From: the human T2T-CHM13v2.0 reference genome, Homo sapiens
Direction: 5' to 3' (one strand)
Assembly (NCBI RefSeq): GCF_009914755.1
Contig: NC_060932.1
DNA length: 64,000 nt
The notes below the pieces were generated by a model. That model worked only from the letters and a program-made list of their open reading frames with translations. It ran no database searches and was not told the origin of the DNA. Below are positions 39,141 to 62,039 of this stretch, one piece after another. A program made the translations under genes and the position numbers. Within the stretch, counting starts at the first letter, position 1. Every line of letters begins with the position of its first letter.

Positions 39141-40157
39141 TAGCTGGGATTACAGGCGTGCACCACCACACCTGGCTAATTTTGGTATTATTAGTAGAGA
39201 CAGGGTTTCACATGTTGGCCAGGCTGGTCTCGAACTCTGACCTCAGGTGATCCACCTGCCTCTGCCTCCCAAAGAGCTGGGATTACAGGTGTGAGTGACC
39301 GCACTTGGCCAGCATTCTTTTTTATTACTGAATACTATTTTATGGCTATGCCACGTCTTATTTATCCACTTGTTGGTTATGAACATCAGGGTGATTTCTG
39401 CATTGTGGCTCCTATGAATAATGCTTCTATGAATATTCGTGTACAAGTTTTTGTGTGGACGTATATTTGTTGCCTTAAAGTCTATTTCACCTCATACAAA
39501 TATAGCCAAGCCAGCTTACTTTGGGTAGTATTTGTTTATAATTTCCCATCCCTTTCAAACTTTCTGTGCCCTATGTGTTTGATATTGCTTGTAATGAAAA
39601 TACAGCTTTCGGCCAGGTGTGGTGGCTCACACCTGTAATCTCAGCACTTGGGTGGCTGAGGTGGGAGGATGTCTTGAGGCCAAGAGTTAGAGACCAGCCT
39701 GGGTGACATACTAAAACCCTTTCTATGAAACAATAAAAATAAATCTTAAAAATTAGCTGGGCATGGTGGTGCACACCTGTAGTCCTGGTTACTTGGGAGG
39801 CAGAGGCAGGAGGATTGCCTCAGCCCAGTTCAAGGCTGCAGTGAGCTGTGATCACATCACTACACTCTAGGCTGGGTAACAGAGCGAGACCCTGTCTCAA
39901 AAACCAAAATGTGTGCGTGTGTGTGTGTGTAGCTTTAGATCATTCTTTTGTTCAGCCTAGCTTCTGTCATTTACTGACAAATTTAGTCCATCACAGTGGA
40001 AATAACTGTTATTTTTGGATTTGTATGTATCATAGTATGAAATGTCTTATTCTATGTTTTATATGCTTTATTTCTCCTTTCTCATCTTTTTTTTTTTTAA
40101 TGGAACCTTAAAAATTTCATCCCCTCAGCTGGGCGCAGTGGCTCACGCTTATAATCA

Positions 40158-40522
<365 letters not shown>

Positions 40523-40589
40523 CTATTTCTTATCTACTCACACAAAATGGAAGAACCACAGAATATTTCAACTTCTATCAGCCCTCCCA

Positions 40590-43930
<3,341 letters not shown>

Positions 43931-44210
43931 GATTTTTGCGTGTGTTTTATCTTTATCCAGTATTTTAGCCCCCAGATTAGCATTATTAGTTTCACACAGT
44001 CATCAGTGCTTGTTTAGTTACCCAAATGCTTATCACTGTTTCCAGTTCTCTGAATCGCTTTTCCTCTCATTCACTTTTCTTTTTCTCATAGAACAAACAC
44101 CTTTAAAAAGTTCTGCCAGTAGTCATTTTCTTATAAACTATGTATTTAAAAATGGTTTTCTTTTGCCTTCAGTCAGAAAATTCCACATTGACATCTCCTC
44201 AACTTTTATA

Positions 44211-44247
44211 TTAGGTTGGTGCAAAAGTAATTGAGGTTTTTGCCATT
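44211..44247 (+). mobile_element. Half MADE1 (Hsmar1 MITE), single TIR
   Basis: TA + ttaggttggtgcaaaagtaattgaggtttttgccatt; second arm missing. Confidence 0.85.
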
Positions 44248-44613
44248 TTTTTAAAAAATGTGACAGCTTAAGTAGTTTCCTTTTCTCTGGTTGCCATTAA
44301 GATCTTTTTCTGGCCTGGAGTGGTGGATTATGCCTCTAATCCCAGGGTTTTAGGAGGCCACAACGGGAGGATGGTTTGAGGCCAGAGCCAGGAGTTCAAG
44401 ACCAGCCTGGGCAACACAGTGAGACCCCATGTTTCTATAAAAATTTTAAAATTAGCTGGGCGTGGTGGCACATGCCTGTAGTCCCAGCTACTTGGAAGGC
44501 TGAGGTGGGAGGATTCCTTGAGCTTCTAAAATTCGAGGCTACGGTGAGCTATGATCATACCACTGCACTGCCAGCAAGAGAGCAAGACCCCATCTCTAAA
44601 GAAAACAAATTCT

Positions 44614-44978
<365 letters not shown>

Positions 44979-45016
44979 TTACTTATCCTGTTAGTAACTC
45001 ATTTTTTGCTTCCTGA

Positions 45017-45286
<270 letters not shown>

Positions 45287-46677
45287 TAGTCTCGAACTCC
45301 TGACCTCGTGATCTGCCCACCTCGGCCTCCCAAAGTGCTGGAATTACAGGCGTGACCCACCACACCCTGCAAACATCAGCCATTTTATAGTTCTCTCCAT
45401 TCTGTTCTCTCCTTCTGCAACTTCTATTAAAGCCTGTATTGGACCTTTTAAAGCCTGTATTGGACCTTTTTACTTTATTTTTGTAGTCTCCTACCCTCCC
45501 TTGTTTGCTGCGCTTCCTTGAGTAAATTCCTCAGAACTACCTTTAAAATCTGTTGTCTCTAATATAGTTTAACTCATCCATTGAATCTTTTTTCTTTTTC
45601 CTTTTTTTTACAGAGTCTCATTTGGTTGCCCAGGCTGGAGTGCAGTGGCACAATCTTGGCTTACTGCAACCTCTGCCCCCAGGATTCATGTGATTCTCCT
45701 GCCTCAGCCTCCTGAGTAGCTGAGATTACCAGCGCATGCCACCACGCCCAGCTAATTTTTGTATTTTTAGTAGAGATGGGGTTTCACCATATTGGCCAAG
45801 ATAGTCTCGAACTCCTGACCTCATGATCTGCCCACCTCGGTCTCCTAAAGTGCTGGGATTACAGGCGTGAGCCACCGCACCTGGCCATTGAATCGTGTTT
45901 ATAGGTCACAGGTTAACACAATTTAAAATCTAAAGCGTGGGTACAGGGTTTCAGTTTGGAAAGATGAAGTTCTTGAGATGAATGGTGGTGATGGTTGCAT
46001 AATGTGAATGTACTTAATGCTACTGAAGCATACAGGTAAAAGTAGTTAAGATGGTAAATTTTGTTATGTATTCAGATTTTTAAATCTGTGTTAGAATAAA
46101 CAATGTATCCCAAAGGCAGGATTCCTCTCTCCCACTCCTATCCTTATTCACTTCATTCCTTCCCTATTCACGCTCCATAGATATTAACTACTTTTATTAC
46201 ACTCTTCAAATGTCCTTTCAGTGTTTTTTTAAATGCAAATTCTAGCCAAGTCAAGTATATGGTCTTATTTCCTCCACCCCTTTCAGTTTTTTACATTTTT
46301 TTCATCCGATAACATAACCTAAATCCTTTCCTAACGAATTCAGTGCACCTTATTTTTTAATAGCTGCCTAACATTCCATTGAGTAAATGTTCATGGTTTA
46401 TTTAGCTGGTCCACTTTCATTCAACATTTGGGTTGTATCAAACATTGTGCTGTCACAAATAACACTTGTCCAGAGATGAGGTCTCACTCTGTTGCCCAGG
46501 CTGGAGTGCAGTGGTGTGGTAATAGTTCAATGCAGCCTCGCACTCGGCTCAAGGGATCCTTCCAGCTCGACCTCTGGAATAGCTGGGATTACTGGCAAGC
46601 GCCATCACTCCTAGATGAAAATTTTCATTTGAAAAGGCTGTTTTTCATTTTTTGAACCTTTTTTCAAATCTGCATTT

Positions 46678-47590
<913 letters not shown>

Positions 47591-49342
47591 CCTTTTATCT
47601 TTCGGGTCACCTGGTATTCAGCTGTAGGTAAATCATTCCCTCTTATGATTTGAAATGTGGGGGCTCTGAGCTCATTTTTGACAAGGTTAAATTTATGCAA
47701 CCTCAGAATTTAAATTCTGAGGCTGTCAGTCTTCATAAAGTATTTGTTTGCTTCTTCCAGGTGCCTGAGAGTAAAGCCAGTCCAGGGAGATTCTTGACGT
47801 TAATATTTAACTTCGTGTGTTGACAGACCACATAAATGGTATATACCTTGAAAATCAAAATGCACATGAACACAAACTCCTGGTGAAAAAGTTTTGAGGG
47901 ATGATTTCATCTCTCCCAGTCCACAGCCCAGACCAAAACAGGCAAGTTTCCCTCCACTTCCCTATGCTGGGGGGTGACGGGGTGGAAGGGGCCAGATTTT
48001 TTTTTTTCTAGTTCACCTATGTGCACTGCCCTTAAAAGGGTCCTGGCTTGGCTGGGCATGGTGGCTGTTTGTAATCCCAGCACTTTGGGAAGCTGCGGTG
48101 AGATCACTTGAGCCAAGGAGTTCGAGACCATCCTGGGCAACATAGCAAGACCCCATCTCTACAAAAACATTTTAAAATAAAAAAAATAAGGGTGAATTAC
48201 TTACATACCTTATCTCATCTTAAGCCCCAAAGTTAACTGTGTCATGCGGGTTTTTAGTTTCCTTTTAGTTCTCTCTGGCCACTGGAGATTGTACTTTATG
48301 GTGAGCTGATTTGTATCATAGTTCTACTCAGCATTTCCATGTGTCCTGTATTATATGAAATACACATCATTTGTGTGTTTCAAAGCATTTAAATTACCCC
48401 ACTGGGGCACAGAGCAAGGTTATAAAGACCATGAAGTTAGGCACATGAATTTGAATCCTGGCTCTTGCACATTAATAGCTCTGGAATCCTAAGTAAATAG
48501 TTTCCTTCTCTAGAGTTTCCTCTTCTGTAAAATCAAGATGGTTGATCAGAGGACTATATGCTTAAAGGATATAAAATGCTTAGTATAGTGCCCAGCATAT
48601 ATTAAATAATTACATTTTCATTTTTTAGGAATTTCTACAAAATAAAATGGTACTTGTTAAGAGGATTTAAAACTATTTATACTTTCAAAATGCAGCAGTA
48701 AGAGTGGCTGCAACAGTAGGCAAATTACCCAACTATTTACATATAGATACAACTATTGTTACCCATTGGTAATTAGATCATAACAGTCAGTACCAAGCTC
48801 TGACCACATTTAGTAGTTAACAAAATTATTTTTAAAAGGATCATGAACTAAAGATTATCATATGAAATACAGTGCTGATGTGAAAGATAAACATTTTATA
48901 AAACGAACTGAAGTTAGAGACAACATATTTGGTCCAGAATTTTCTTACCACGAGAACTATCCAAAAATTGAACAAGCTGCATCACAAAAAAGTGAGGTGG
49001 TCACTTAAGTATCCAAAAGCAGAAAGCGAAGGACTGCTTAACAGGACAGAAGGAATTCCTATATTCGGAAAAGTCAGAAGTCAATGTTGAAATAAAGGAG
49101 AAAAACTACTTGGATAACTGACTTATGACACTAATTTAAAAAACCCAGTGAATACTACATTAAAGAAAAAGACCGGGCACAGTGGCTCACGCCTATAATC
49201 CCAGCACTTTGGGAGGCTGAAGCGAGTGGATCACCTGAGGTCAGGAGTTGGAGACCAGCTTGGCCAACGTGGCAAAACCCTGTCTCTACTAAAAATACAA
49301 AAATTAGCTGGGCATGGTGGTGGGCTCCTGTAATCCCAGCTA

Positions 49343-49478
<136 letters not shown>

Positions 49479-49781
49479 TTAAAAAGAGTTAAGAAAAAGA
49501 CAAAAGATAAACACCAAATAAAACTTCTTAAATAGGTAGAAACATTGAAAACCAAATTTGGGAAATTTTTTTTTAGCCAATTAAAACTGAATAACATGAG
49601 ATTATTTCTTATGCCTGGTTCCATTCTAAGTCAACCACACCATCATCAAAATTTCTCTCTCTGAATATATATTCTTTTAAGTACATTGTTATTTTCCTCC
49701 ATTGCATTATAGACATTCATTCCAAATGTTAACATTCCAAATATTAAAATACTCAAAGTCACAGAAAAGTCAGAATTAAAT

Positions 49782-49787
49782 TTTATT
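49782..49787 (-). terminator. LYPLA1: LYPLA1 distal poly(A) signal AATAAA
   Basis: Plus-strand tttatt; followed on the minus strand by U/GU-rich sequence (ttttctgtgactttgagtatttt). Confidence 0.8.
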
Positions 49788-51420
49788 TCACATTGATAGA
49801 AACCATGAAAAACATTTACACTTTCCCATGTTACAGCACAATATTTCAATGGAATATTTCTTGCCATAAATAATATCTTGCTGATTTGTAGAAGTGAAAT
49901 AACAGTTTATGTTCTTCAAGGTAAAGAAAAATGACATAGTAAATGATTGTTTAAAATTTTTAAATCCAGACATAAACATATGGCTTCATTATTAACATCC
50001 TGTATAGTCCATTACTAAATTATTTCCATTATCAATTAGCACCCATTTATAAAGATGCATTCTTAATATTGTTTTGGTCAGCTGGAATACAGCAGAAAAA
50101 TTAACACAGTTGAGAAATATCAAGCATACATTTTTGCTACATATTAATCTGTATGGTAACTACACTTTATGGTATAGGGTTCTGACTAGCCTTTATTACC
50201 CATAAGTTTGTTTTCAAATAATTTTTACCAGTAATCTGGAAATTTTGACAATTTAAAATGATTGCTATTTTTATGTCTGCATCAAAAACTAATACAAAAA
50301 ATAATTTGACTAAAGTGAAAATTTCAAATAAGTCCACTGGCAGATGAAAATAAAGCAAAAAATTACAATAGATTCCTCATCTTCTACAGTAGTTGGTTTC
50401 AAACGTGTACAAAGTAAACTCTATACTATGAGAAGATGAAATCATCTTAGAAGTTAGTTTTTAAGATCAGTCTTAAAGATATTTCAGAACATACTAGAAT
50501 ATGATCTAATTATTCTTTCAGTTGTTTACAGAAAAATGAAACCACAGAATTATTCCTGTTACCTGGGTTGAAGATCCTAATAGCTAGGTGTAAATTTGGA
50601 TAAGGTACAGTAATTCGAAATAAGTAGTGCATGAAGTTTTAATGTCTGGTTTCTCTATAAAGCATAAATAGATTTTAAATACCTTATATCTGTGACCCAG
50701 AATGTCAAATTACAGCATGTATTGACAGTAGCTGTCTATTGCAGAGAGGCAATACTTGGCCTGCTATGAAGGACAATAAAGAAAAAACAAACTTTTTTTT
50801 TTTTCTTGAGAGAAAAGAGTATTAAATAGAAATAATATCAGGGAAAATAAAAGCCTGGTCCCAAAATAAAAGGGCCATTAATTGAAGAGAACGATTTTAC
50901 TTTTTCTTGACAATAAACAGCATTATCCCTATTATTAGGAATAATGTAATACCACCTCATTCTTATTATGTATTATAATCATTATGTATATATGAACACA
51001 TATATAAAAATACAGACACTGCATGGTGACTAAGCAATTTTGGAATAAATCCATAGACTAAGTCACAGCATGCATAAATTGTTTATATCTTAACTGCTCA
51101 TTTATACCTGAACAAATTTTCATTAAGCATACTGCTAATTTTCAAATGATGTAATAAAAAATCTGGTGGCAGTACTGTATTATTTTGCTGAATTACATTT
51201 GAGAAAAAAGAAGCTACCTGCTTCATCTATTCTAATATAGTAGATCCTGGGTCGTCTTATAAGAATACATGTATAGAAACTTAAAAGATCATAAATTTCT
51301 CATGAGGAGATATTATTTGATCTGTGTTATTGGCATGTATTTGCAAAACATTTTAACACTGCAAAACATTAGAAATTTGAAGACTGGGCATGGGAAAAGG
51401 TTTACACTCTACTACAATGA

Positions 51421-51428
51421 TGCTGGTG
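51421..51428 (-). promoter_or_regulatory. miR-138-5p 8mer site (CACCAGCA) in the LYPLA1 3'UTR
   Basis: Complement of the miR-138 seed GCUGGUG plus A1, ~30 nt after the stop; APT1 is an established miR-138 target. Confidence 0.8.
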
Positions 51429-51456
51429 TACTTCTACACAAGGCCTCTTAGTGACG

Positions 51457-51510
51457 TCAATCAATTGGAGGTAGGAGTTTATCAATGAATTGCTTGACAT
51501 CCATCATTTC
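51457..51510 (-). CDS. LYPLA1: LYPLA1 last coding exon, EMMDVKQFIDKLLPPID*
   Basis: Acceptor ttattccaaacag|GAA; TGA at 51459-51457. Confidence 0.98.
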   Translation of the reverse strand, partial: EMMDVKQFIDKLLPPID

Positions 51511-52689
51511 CTGTTTGGAATAAAGTAATTTAATAGGTAGGTAGTTATGTAAGTCAGAAATTAAATTCCCACTAAAATGCCACTAATCAAATCTATGGTA
51601 TGCATAAAGGCGAAATCACATTTTTACTACAATTAAATAAGACAAAAGAGAAATGAGGCTCCAACAGAAATTTCAGGACATTTCCTATCATGATTATTGT
51701 ACACTGAAATGACAGCTCCCATCCAGTATCTAGTTCTGCATCTTCCTATACTGGAACAATATAAGACACTGGGGGGCAGGGAAGTTTAGAAGCGATGGTG
51801 CCTACACTGAGAAGTCTCAGTAAGTGAACAATTACTGACAACTAAGTATGAGTGACAAAGCAGAGCTTCTACCATTCTTCAAACTGAATTATGCGCTAAA
51901 TCCATAGCATTAACTATGCTGTGTCTTTCATAAAGAATTACATACAACTAACCATTTGATAGAGAGCATGTACCTAAGATGTTCCTGGGAAGATATGAAC
52001 ATTAATATACCAAAGATTTATCATAGAAGAAACTTTCTCCTCTTAGCCTCTTGCATTTGGCTCAGTTTTCTCACCTCCCTCAAACTCACTTCCTGCTATC
52101 AGCTCTTATATTTCAAGGCCTTACTTAGCCTCACAGTGCCAAATAGTAGCAATGCAGCTAACCTTCAGCCTTGTAATTTAGTCACTCAGAAAAGAGCCCC
52201 AGCATGAAAGTGTTCTATTTCACAATACTCTGAAGTCCCAAAGAGTTTCCTGTGAGATCACCTCCCACTATCCTACTTCTCCTCATTTTCTGCTCCTCCT
52301 CATTCAGCCCAGAGTTGTTGTAGACTCATCTATAGAGCTTTTAGGAAGCTCCAAGGTATTTGTGATACAAAGCCCATGAAGAAAACAGCTGCTCTAGAGA
52401 CCTTCAGTCCCTCTTGCACACATTAAGGGTTCCAGGACTTCCCCTGCCCTCTCTTTTCTGGATTCAACACTGTAATACTCTATATCAGTAGGAGAACACC
52501 CTAGGTTCAGGTTCCCAGGCACCCTTGTCTTTCTGGATAAATCATATTACCACCTCTTTCTCCGTCCCTAAATTATTTAACCCAGGCTGAGTGGTTGTAA
52601 AACTGTCAGTATGACTATCTCACTAGGAATCAATTTTTACTCTAGGTCTTCTCAAGCCTCCAGACCTATCCAGGCCTCCGGCCTCCTTC

Positions 52690-54250
52690 ATTCTATCAAG
52701 TGATCGCACCTTCTACTTGACTGAAAAGATAAGCACATCTAATATGAGCTCCCAAGCACTCTCTTCTCTCTCCATCTCCTGTTTATATTCATCCATCCTT
52801 TCTTTCTTTTTTTTAGGGTCTCACTCTGTCACTCAGGCTGGAGTGCAGGGTGCCAACATGGCTCACTGCAGCAGCAACCTCCGGAGATCAAGTGATCCTC
52901 TCGCCTCAGCCTCTAGAGTAATTGGAACCACAGGTGCCCGCCACCTCACCCGGCCTGTCCTCTTCTATCTTGATTGAAAATGGTTTTCTCCTCTTTTAAG
53001 GCAAGCACTATACATCTCAGGACTTAATTCTATTCTATGATCCCTCTGAGAATGCCTCTATCAATTATCTTCTCTTTACTGCATCTTCTTCCTCCCTCCT
53101 TCCACTCATAGGTCTTTCTCTGATCCCACTGAAGAACAGATTTCCTACTCTTCTTCCTCTTTACCAAAACTTTTTTAAAAGGTCTATACATGTTGCCTCT
53201 GCTTCCTCATTTCCCTATCCACTTCATACAATCCTTTGCATTTTGGCTTTATCTACCCAAACATCCAAGGTCACAGGTGGCTTAATATTGGGTACTTTCT
53301 TCCTAAACTATTTCTCCTTAATCCTTTTCTGGAACACATTACACATCTCCTTCCCACTCTGAAATTCTCTCCACCCATACTCTCAACACCTAACTCCTTT
53401 TCTCATTAGGCTAAACTGTAATGTGTCCCCCAAAGTTCTATCCCTGAGCTTTTTTTCTTATAATGCTTTCTCAAGATAATTCTTCGTTGATCAATTATAT
53501 TAGTAATTATTTCAAATCTCCATTTCCAGGCTTGAACTTCAGACAAGTATTTCCAATATCCTATTTTGATATTGTGGGGGCACATTGATCTCAATACATT
53601 AAACTCAGTATTATCTCCTTCCTTTACTCTAAAACTGTTTCTTGCACCTACTTTTTATGATGGCATCAGAACTAGAAATCTCAGGCCCTTTTGATACTTC
53701 CTTGGTTACTACACCCCACATAATTAATCTCTAAATCCTGCTGGATCACCTGTCTCTAGAATGTAGATCAGATCACATCTCACTTCAACCAAAAACACTG
53801 ACAGCTTCCTGCTGCCTAGAGAGTAAGTCTAGTAAGTCCCTTCTCAGCACAAAGAGTCTCTGTTCCCTATGTCTTCTGTCCTATCATGCCCAGCTTTTCC
53901 TAAGACTGAATGGCTTGCTTTTCCTGTCCTATAGTTCTTTCTCTGCACATTTGCTATCCAAATCCCACCGTTTTTCAAAATCTAGCTGTTTCATCATGGT
54001 CTCAGTGCCTCCTAAGATAAAATTAATCTCTTCTCAGTTTTTCAGGGCACCTTTTGTTATTTTCCAAGGGCACTTTTTAAAGCTTCTAATACAATGTATA
54101 TCACATTCTGCTATCCATACAGTTACTTAGACATGCATCTTTCTATTAAATTTTATCTTAAATTTTAATGAAAGGGAATGTTTATTATTCATCTTTGAAT
54201 TATGTACAATGCTGTGTATAATAGCCAATCAGTAAATATTTGTTGAATTA
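52690..54250. mobile_element. Degenerate L2 fragments in LYPLA1 intron 8 (similar at ~8225-9710)
   Basis: Pyrimidine-rich L2-like text ending in cagtaaatatttgttgaat. Confidence 0.55.
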
Positions 54251-54394
54251 AGTTGAATACACACTCATCTAATGACTGCTAACTTATGACTCAATATGAA
54301 TTAACTCATTTAAATCCCCAAGCATTCAAATGTTACTTTTCTTGAAAATATCACATGAAAAAAGTTACAAATATGGCGCTGATCACTGCTTCTA

Positions 54395-54607
<213 letters not shown>

Positions 54608-54684
54608 TTATTTTTGTAAAAGTATAGGACACTATGCCAGGCATTTAAAATTGTACATAAATATGCATATATATAACATATTAG

Positions 54685-55121
<437 letters not shown>

Positions 55122-56022
55122 TGAGCCACTGCACCCAGCCAAGCAGATTATATTTTAATCCATCTTTATATTTTCAGCTTTTTTTTGTTTGTTTGGTTGG
55201 TTGTTTTAGTATTTTGAGTTGCTGTTTTATTCAGCTATCTTTTTTTTTTTTTTTCCCCCAAAGACAGAGTCTTGCTCTGTTACCCAGGCTGGAGTGAAGT
55301 GGCACAATCGTGGCTCACTGCAACTTCCACCTCCTGGGTTCAAGTGATTCTCATGCCTCAGCCTCCTGAGTAGCTGGGATTATAGGTGTGCACCACGACG
55401 CCCAGCTAATTTCTGTATTTTTAGTAGCCATGGGGTTTCACCATGTTGGCCAGGCTGGTCTTGAACTCCTGACCTGAGGTAATCCACCCGCCTCAGCCTC
55501 CCAAAGTGCTGGGATTACAGGCATGAGCCACCGCACCTGGTCTAAAAATAAGTATGATTTCTATATGTTAAAAAAAGTCCTAATTTTCATATATATCCTA
55601 AAATGTATCAAATCCTTCTAATATAAGATTTGTGACAATAAGGTTTCTTTCTAATTCCATTCTATGTACTCCACAATACAGACAGTATAGCGTACAGAAA
55701 TAAGGCCTAGTAATACATCACAAAAGTCTAAGAAAATTATTTTTAAAAAAGGATGAGTGCTGTAAGTGGAGGACTTGGTGATGGTGATGTGTCAGTGCAG
55801 CATTACTGACTGCAGCAAAAACATGGCTGTGGAGGTGGGGATGCTGATGGTGGGGAGGCTGTGCATGTGTGGGGACAGGAGGTAGATAGTAACTCTGTAC
55901 CTTCTGCTCAGTTTTGCTGTGAATTTAGAACTTCTCCAAAAAATAAAGTTTATTAATAAAAAAAAATAAGATGACTTTATCTCCAACAATATCTACTAGC
56001 TACCTTTAGCTCAGTAATCTCA

Positions 56023-56202
<180 letters not shown>

Positions 56203-56505
56203 TTAGGGAATATCTTGTTACTAATGATATCCATAAAAAAATCAAACTTGGTGGCTGGTGTCAAATCAAATCAGGCAAATATCGGAAATACAAACACACC
56301 CCACCGTGTCCTAAAGGATGCGGTTCTCTACACCAGAGAACATACAGACTTCCTTTCCGACGAGACATAGTTTGTACCATGGGAAACTGCTGCACTTACA
56401 ACATGCCTTACGAATATTCTGAATTTATATTTTCTCCTTTGCAGAATTTTAGGCATAAAATCCAATCTGCTCTTAAATTGGTATTACTTTTTTTTTTTTT
56501 TTTGA

Positions 56506-56667
<162 letters not shown>

Positions 56668-57391
56668 TAGAGACGGGGTTTCTCCATGTTGGTTAGGCTG
56701 GTCTCAAACTCCCGACCTCAGGTGATCCACGCGCCTCAGCCTCCCAAAGTGTTGGGATTACAGGTGTGAGCCACCGTGCCTGGCCCTTAAATTGGTATTA
56801 CTTTCTAAATGAGAATTTAAGATAATAATAACTATTTAGCAGACACCTTCAGAGTATCTGCCTACCCAGCTCACAACATCCCACATTCTGGAAGCTGTAC
56901 TCCTCCCAGCATCCAGAAGCCCCATCACTCTGACCATGCCCATGGGTTACTGCAACACATGAGTACACGAGAGCCTTTCACATCCCAGGCAGTGATGTTT
57001 TCTCCTGGCACTGTGGAAATGGGATTCGATGACCACCAGTCACTCTCTGTGTGGCTACACCTGTAACATGTAAATTCAAGAGCTGGAAAAGCTATAGGCT
57101 GCAAAAGCCAAGATGGCCAATTGTTTATGGAAAGGTAAATGAAACAGACAAGCAAAGAAACAAGAGATGAGAGATGGTGAGCAAGGCCCAACTGCTTTTC
57201 AATTTCTAGCTACTTCCTGAGGCCTTGCCTCATTTTCCTCCTCAGTTTCCTTGATAGGATGCCACAGACTCATTGCTTACTCCTTGCTTGAGGTATTGAG
57301 TTGGTTTCTATATACTGTAATGAATGAATATCAAATATACAGACTCCCACATGAACTTGTTATTCTGGATCATTATTATTATTATTTTTGA

Positions 57392-57538
<147 letters not shown>

Positions 57539-58445
57539 TAATTTTTGTATTTTTAGTAGAGACAGGGTTTCACCATGTTGGCTGGGCTGGTCTCGAACTC
57601 CTGACCTCAAGTGATCCACCCACCTTGGCCTCCCAAAGTGCTGGGATTACAGGCGTGAGCCACCGTGCCTGGCCTGGATCATTAATTTCTGTCCCTATGT
57701 TTATGTCACAATGTGTATTACAATATACATTATCTGTGAATTTCAACAAACACCAAATCAGTAACACCTTTTCACTATATTGTATCAACAAATCTTTCTA
57801 CTGAATTCTATCTTCTAAATAATTTCAGAATTCTGACATCTCCCTAATTAAGGTAATCCAAACATCTCCCTAATTAAGGTAATCCAAACACTAAGTTGCT
57901 AACTTAGAAGATTTACAGATGATAAGTTAGAGCATCTGGGGACTGGTTCCATGGCAAACAGCTTATATGCCGCAGTAGCCATGAAAGAAAGGTCCGTATG
58001 AGGAAGCTACGTCTGTGGAGGGAGTACAGAAAGCAGGGGAAAAAGTACAGAGACAAAGAAAAATGCCAAAAATAAACACCACATATTCATACCTAAAACC
58101 TGTAATACGTGAAGGTAAAGGGAAGAAATTCTCTTGTCTTCCACTTTACTGTTCCTATCAGTAGTCTCCTCCTATAGAGGGGACTCATGCCTGTGTTATC
58201 AGTTTTAATTAATTAAAAGGATAAACTGTGTTAACTTAGAAATTTAATTACATGTGTACATGTGTATTATAGTTCTTTCAAGAAGAAATTAATTAGTTCC
58301 AGTACACTGAAACTTAATTAAACATCAAAGGTAAGTGTATCAGTCAAGATTCTATAACATCAAAAAAGACTACTCTATAGAAAGGATTAATGCACAGACT
58401 TCTAAATAAGTATACTGATGGTACTGACATTCCACTCAAATTTTA

Positions 58446-58547
<102 letters not shown>

Positions 58548-58689
58548 TCAGCAATACTTTCAGAGTTAAGCCCACTGATAAAATTTAAATTAGGAAAAAA
58601 TTAGTAATAGAAAAGCGCAATTACTTTTAAGGTGGAAATGAGTGAAAAATTCAAAGCACTTCATTAAAATACAAAATTAGAATGTATTT

Positions 58690-61360
<2,671 letters not shown>

Positions 61361-61715
61361 TTTTAATTAAAACTTCAATAATTTCCCATTAAATATTTTG
61401 TTAACAACAGTTCTTTCTCTCATCAAGAGATGGATTTTTAAAAAATTAATAGTTAATTCTGCTCATATATATTCCATGTTTCTCTCTTCAATGAACCATA
61501 GGCATTTGTACCTAAAAGTTGTCATTTTAAAATTGTACGTAGTTAAGTGTTTAAAATTGTACGTAGTTAAGTGTTGTACGTAGTTAAGTTAATGGTTTAA
61601 AAAGTGTTTAAAACCATTCATTCTATTGTTTTTTAAAAAAAATCACAGAATTGGCCAGGCACAGTGGCTCACGCCTGTAATCCCAGCACTTTGGAAGGCT
61701 GAGGCCAGCAGATCA

Positions 61716-62039
<324 letters not shown>

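Larger units (their letters stand above)
49760..51456 (-). other. LYPLA1: LYPLA1 3'UTR (~1.7 kb, AU-rich, no obvious interspersed repeats)
   Basis: Unique AT-rich sequence from the stop codon to the distal poly(A) signal; 3' end approximate. Confidence 0.8.

Noticed and set aside
51448-51459. Leaky UGA-C stop context of LYPLA1
   Set aside because: An in-frame TAA follows after two codons (TGA CGT CAC TAA), so read-through adds almost nothing.
56840-57320. Possible ancient ERVL/MaLR LTR remnant
   Set aside because: Too degenerate to assign by eye.
58606-58628. aatagaaaagcgcaattactttt resembling a MADE1 arm
   Set aside because: Too short and mismatched to call.
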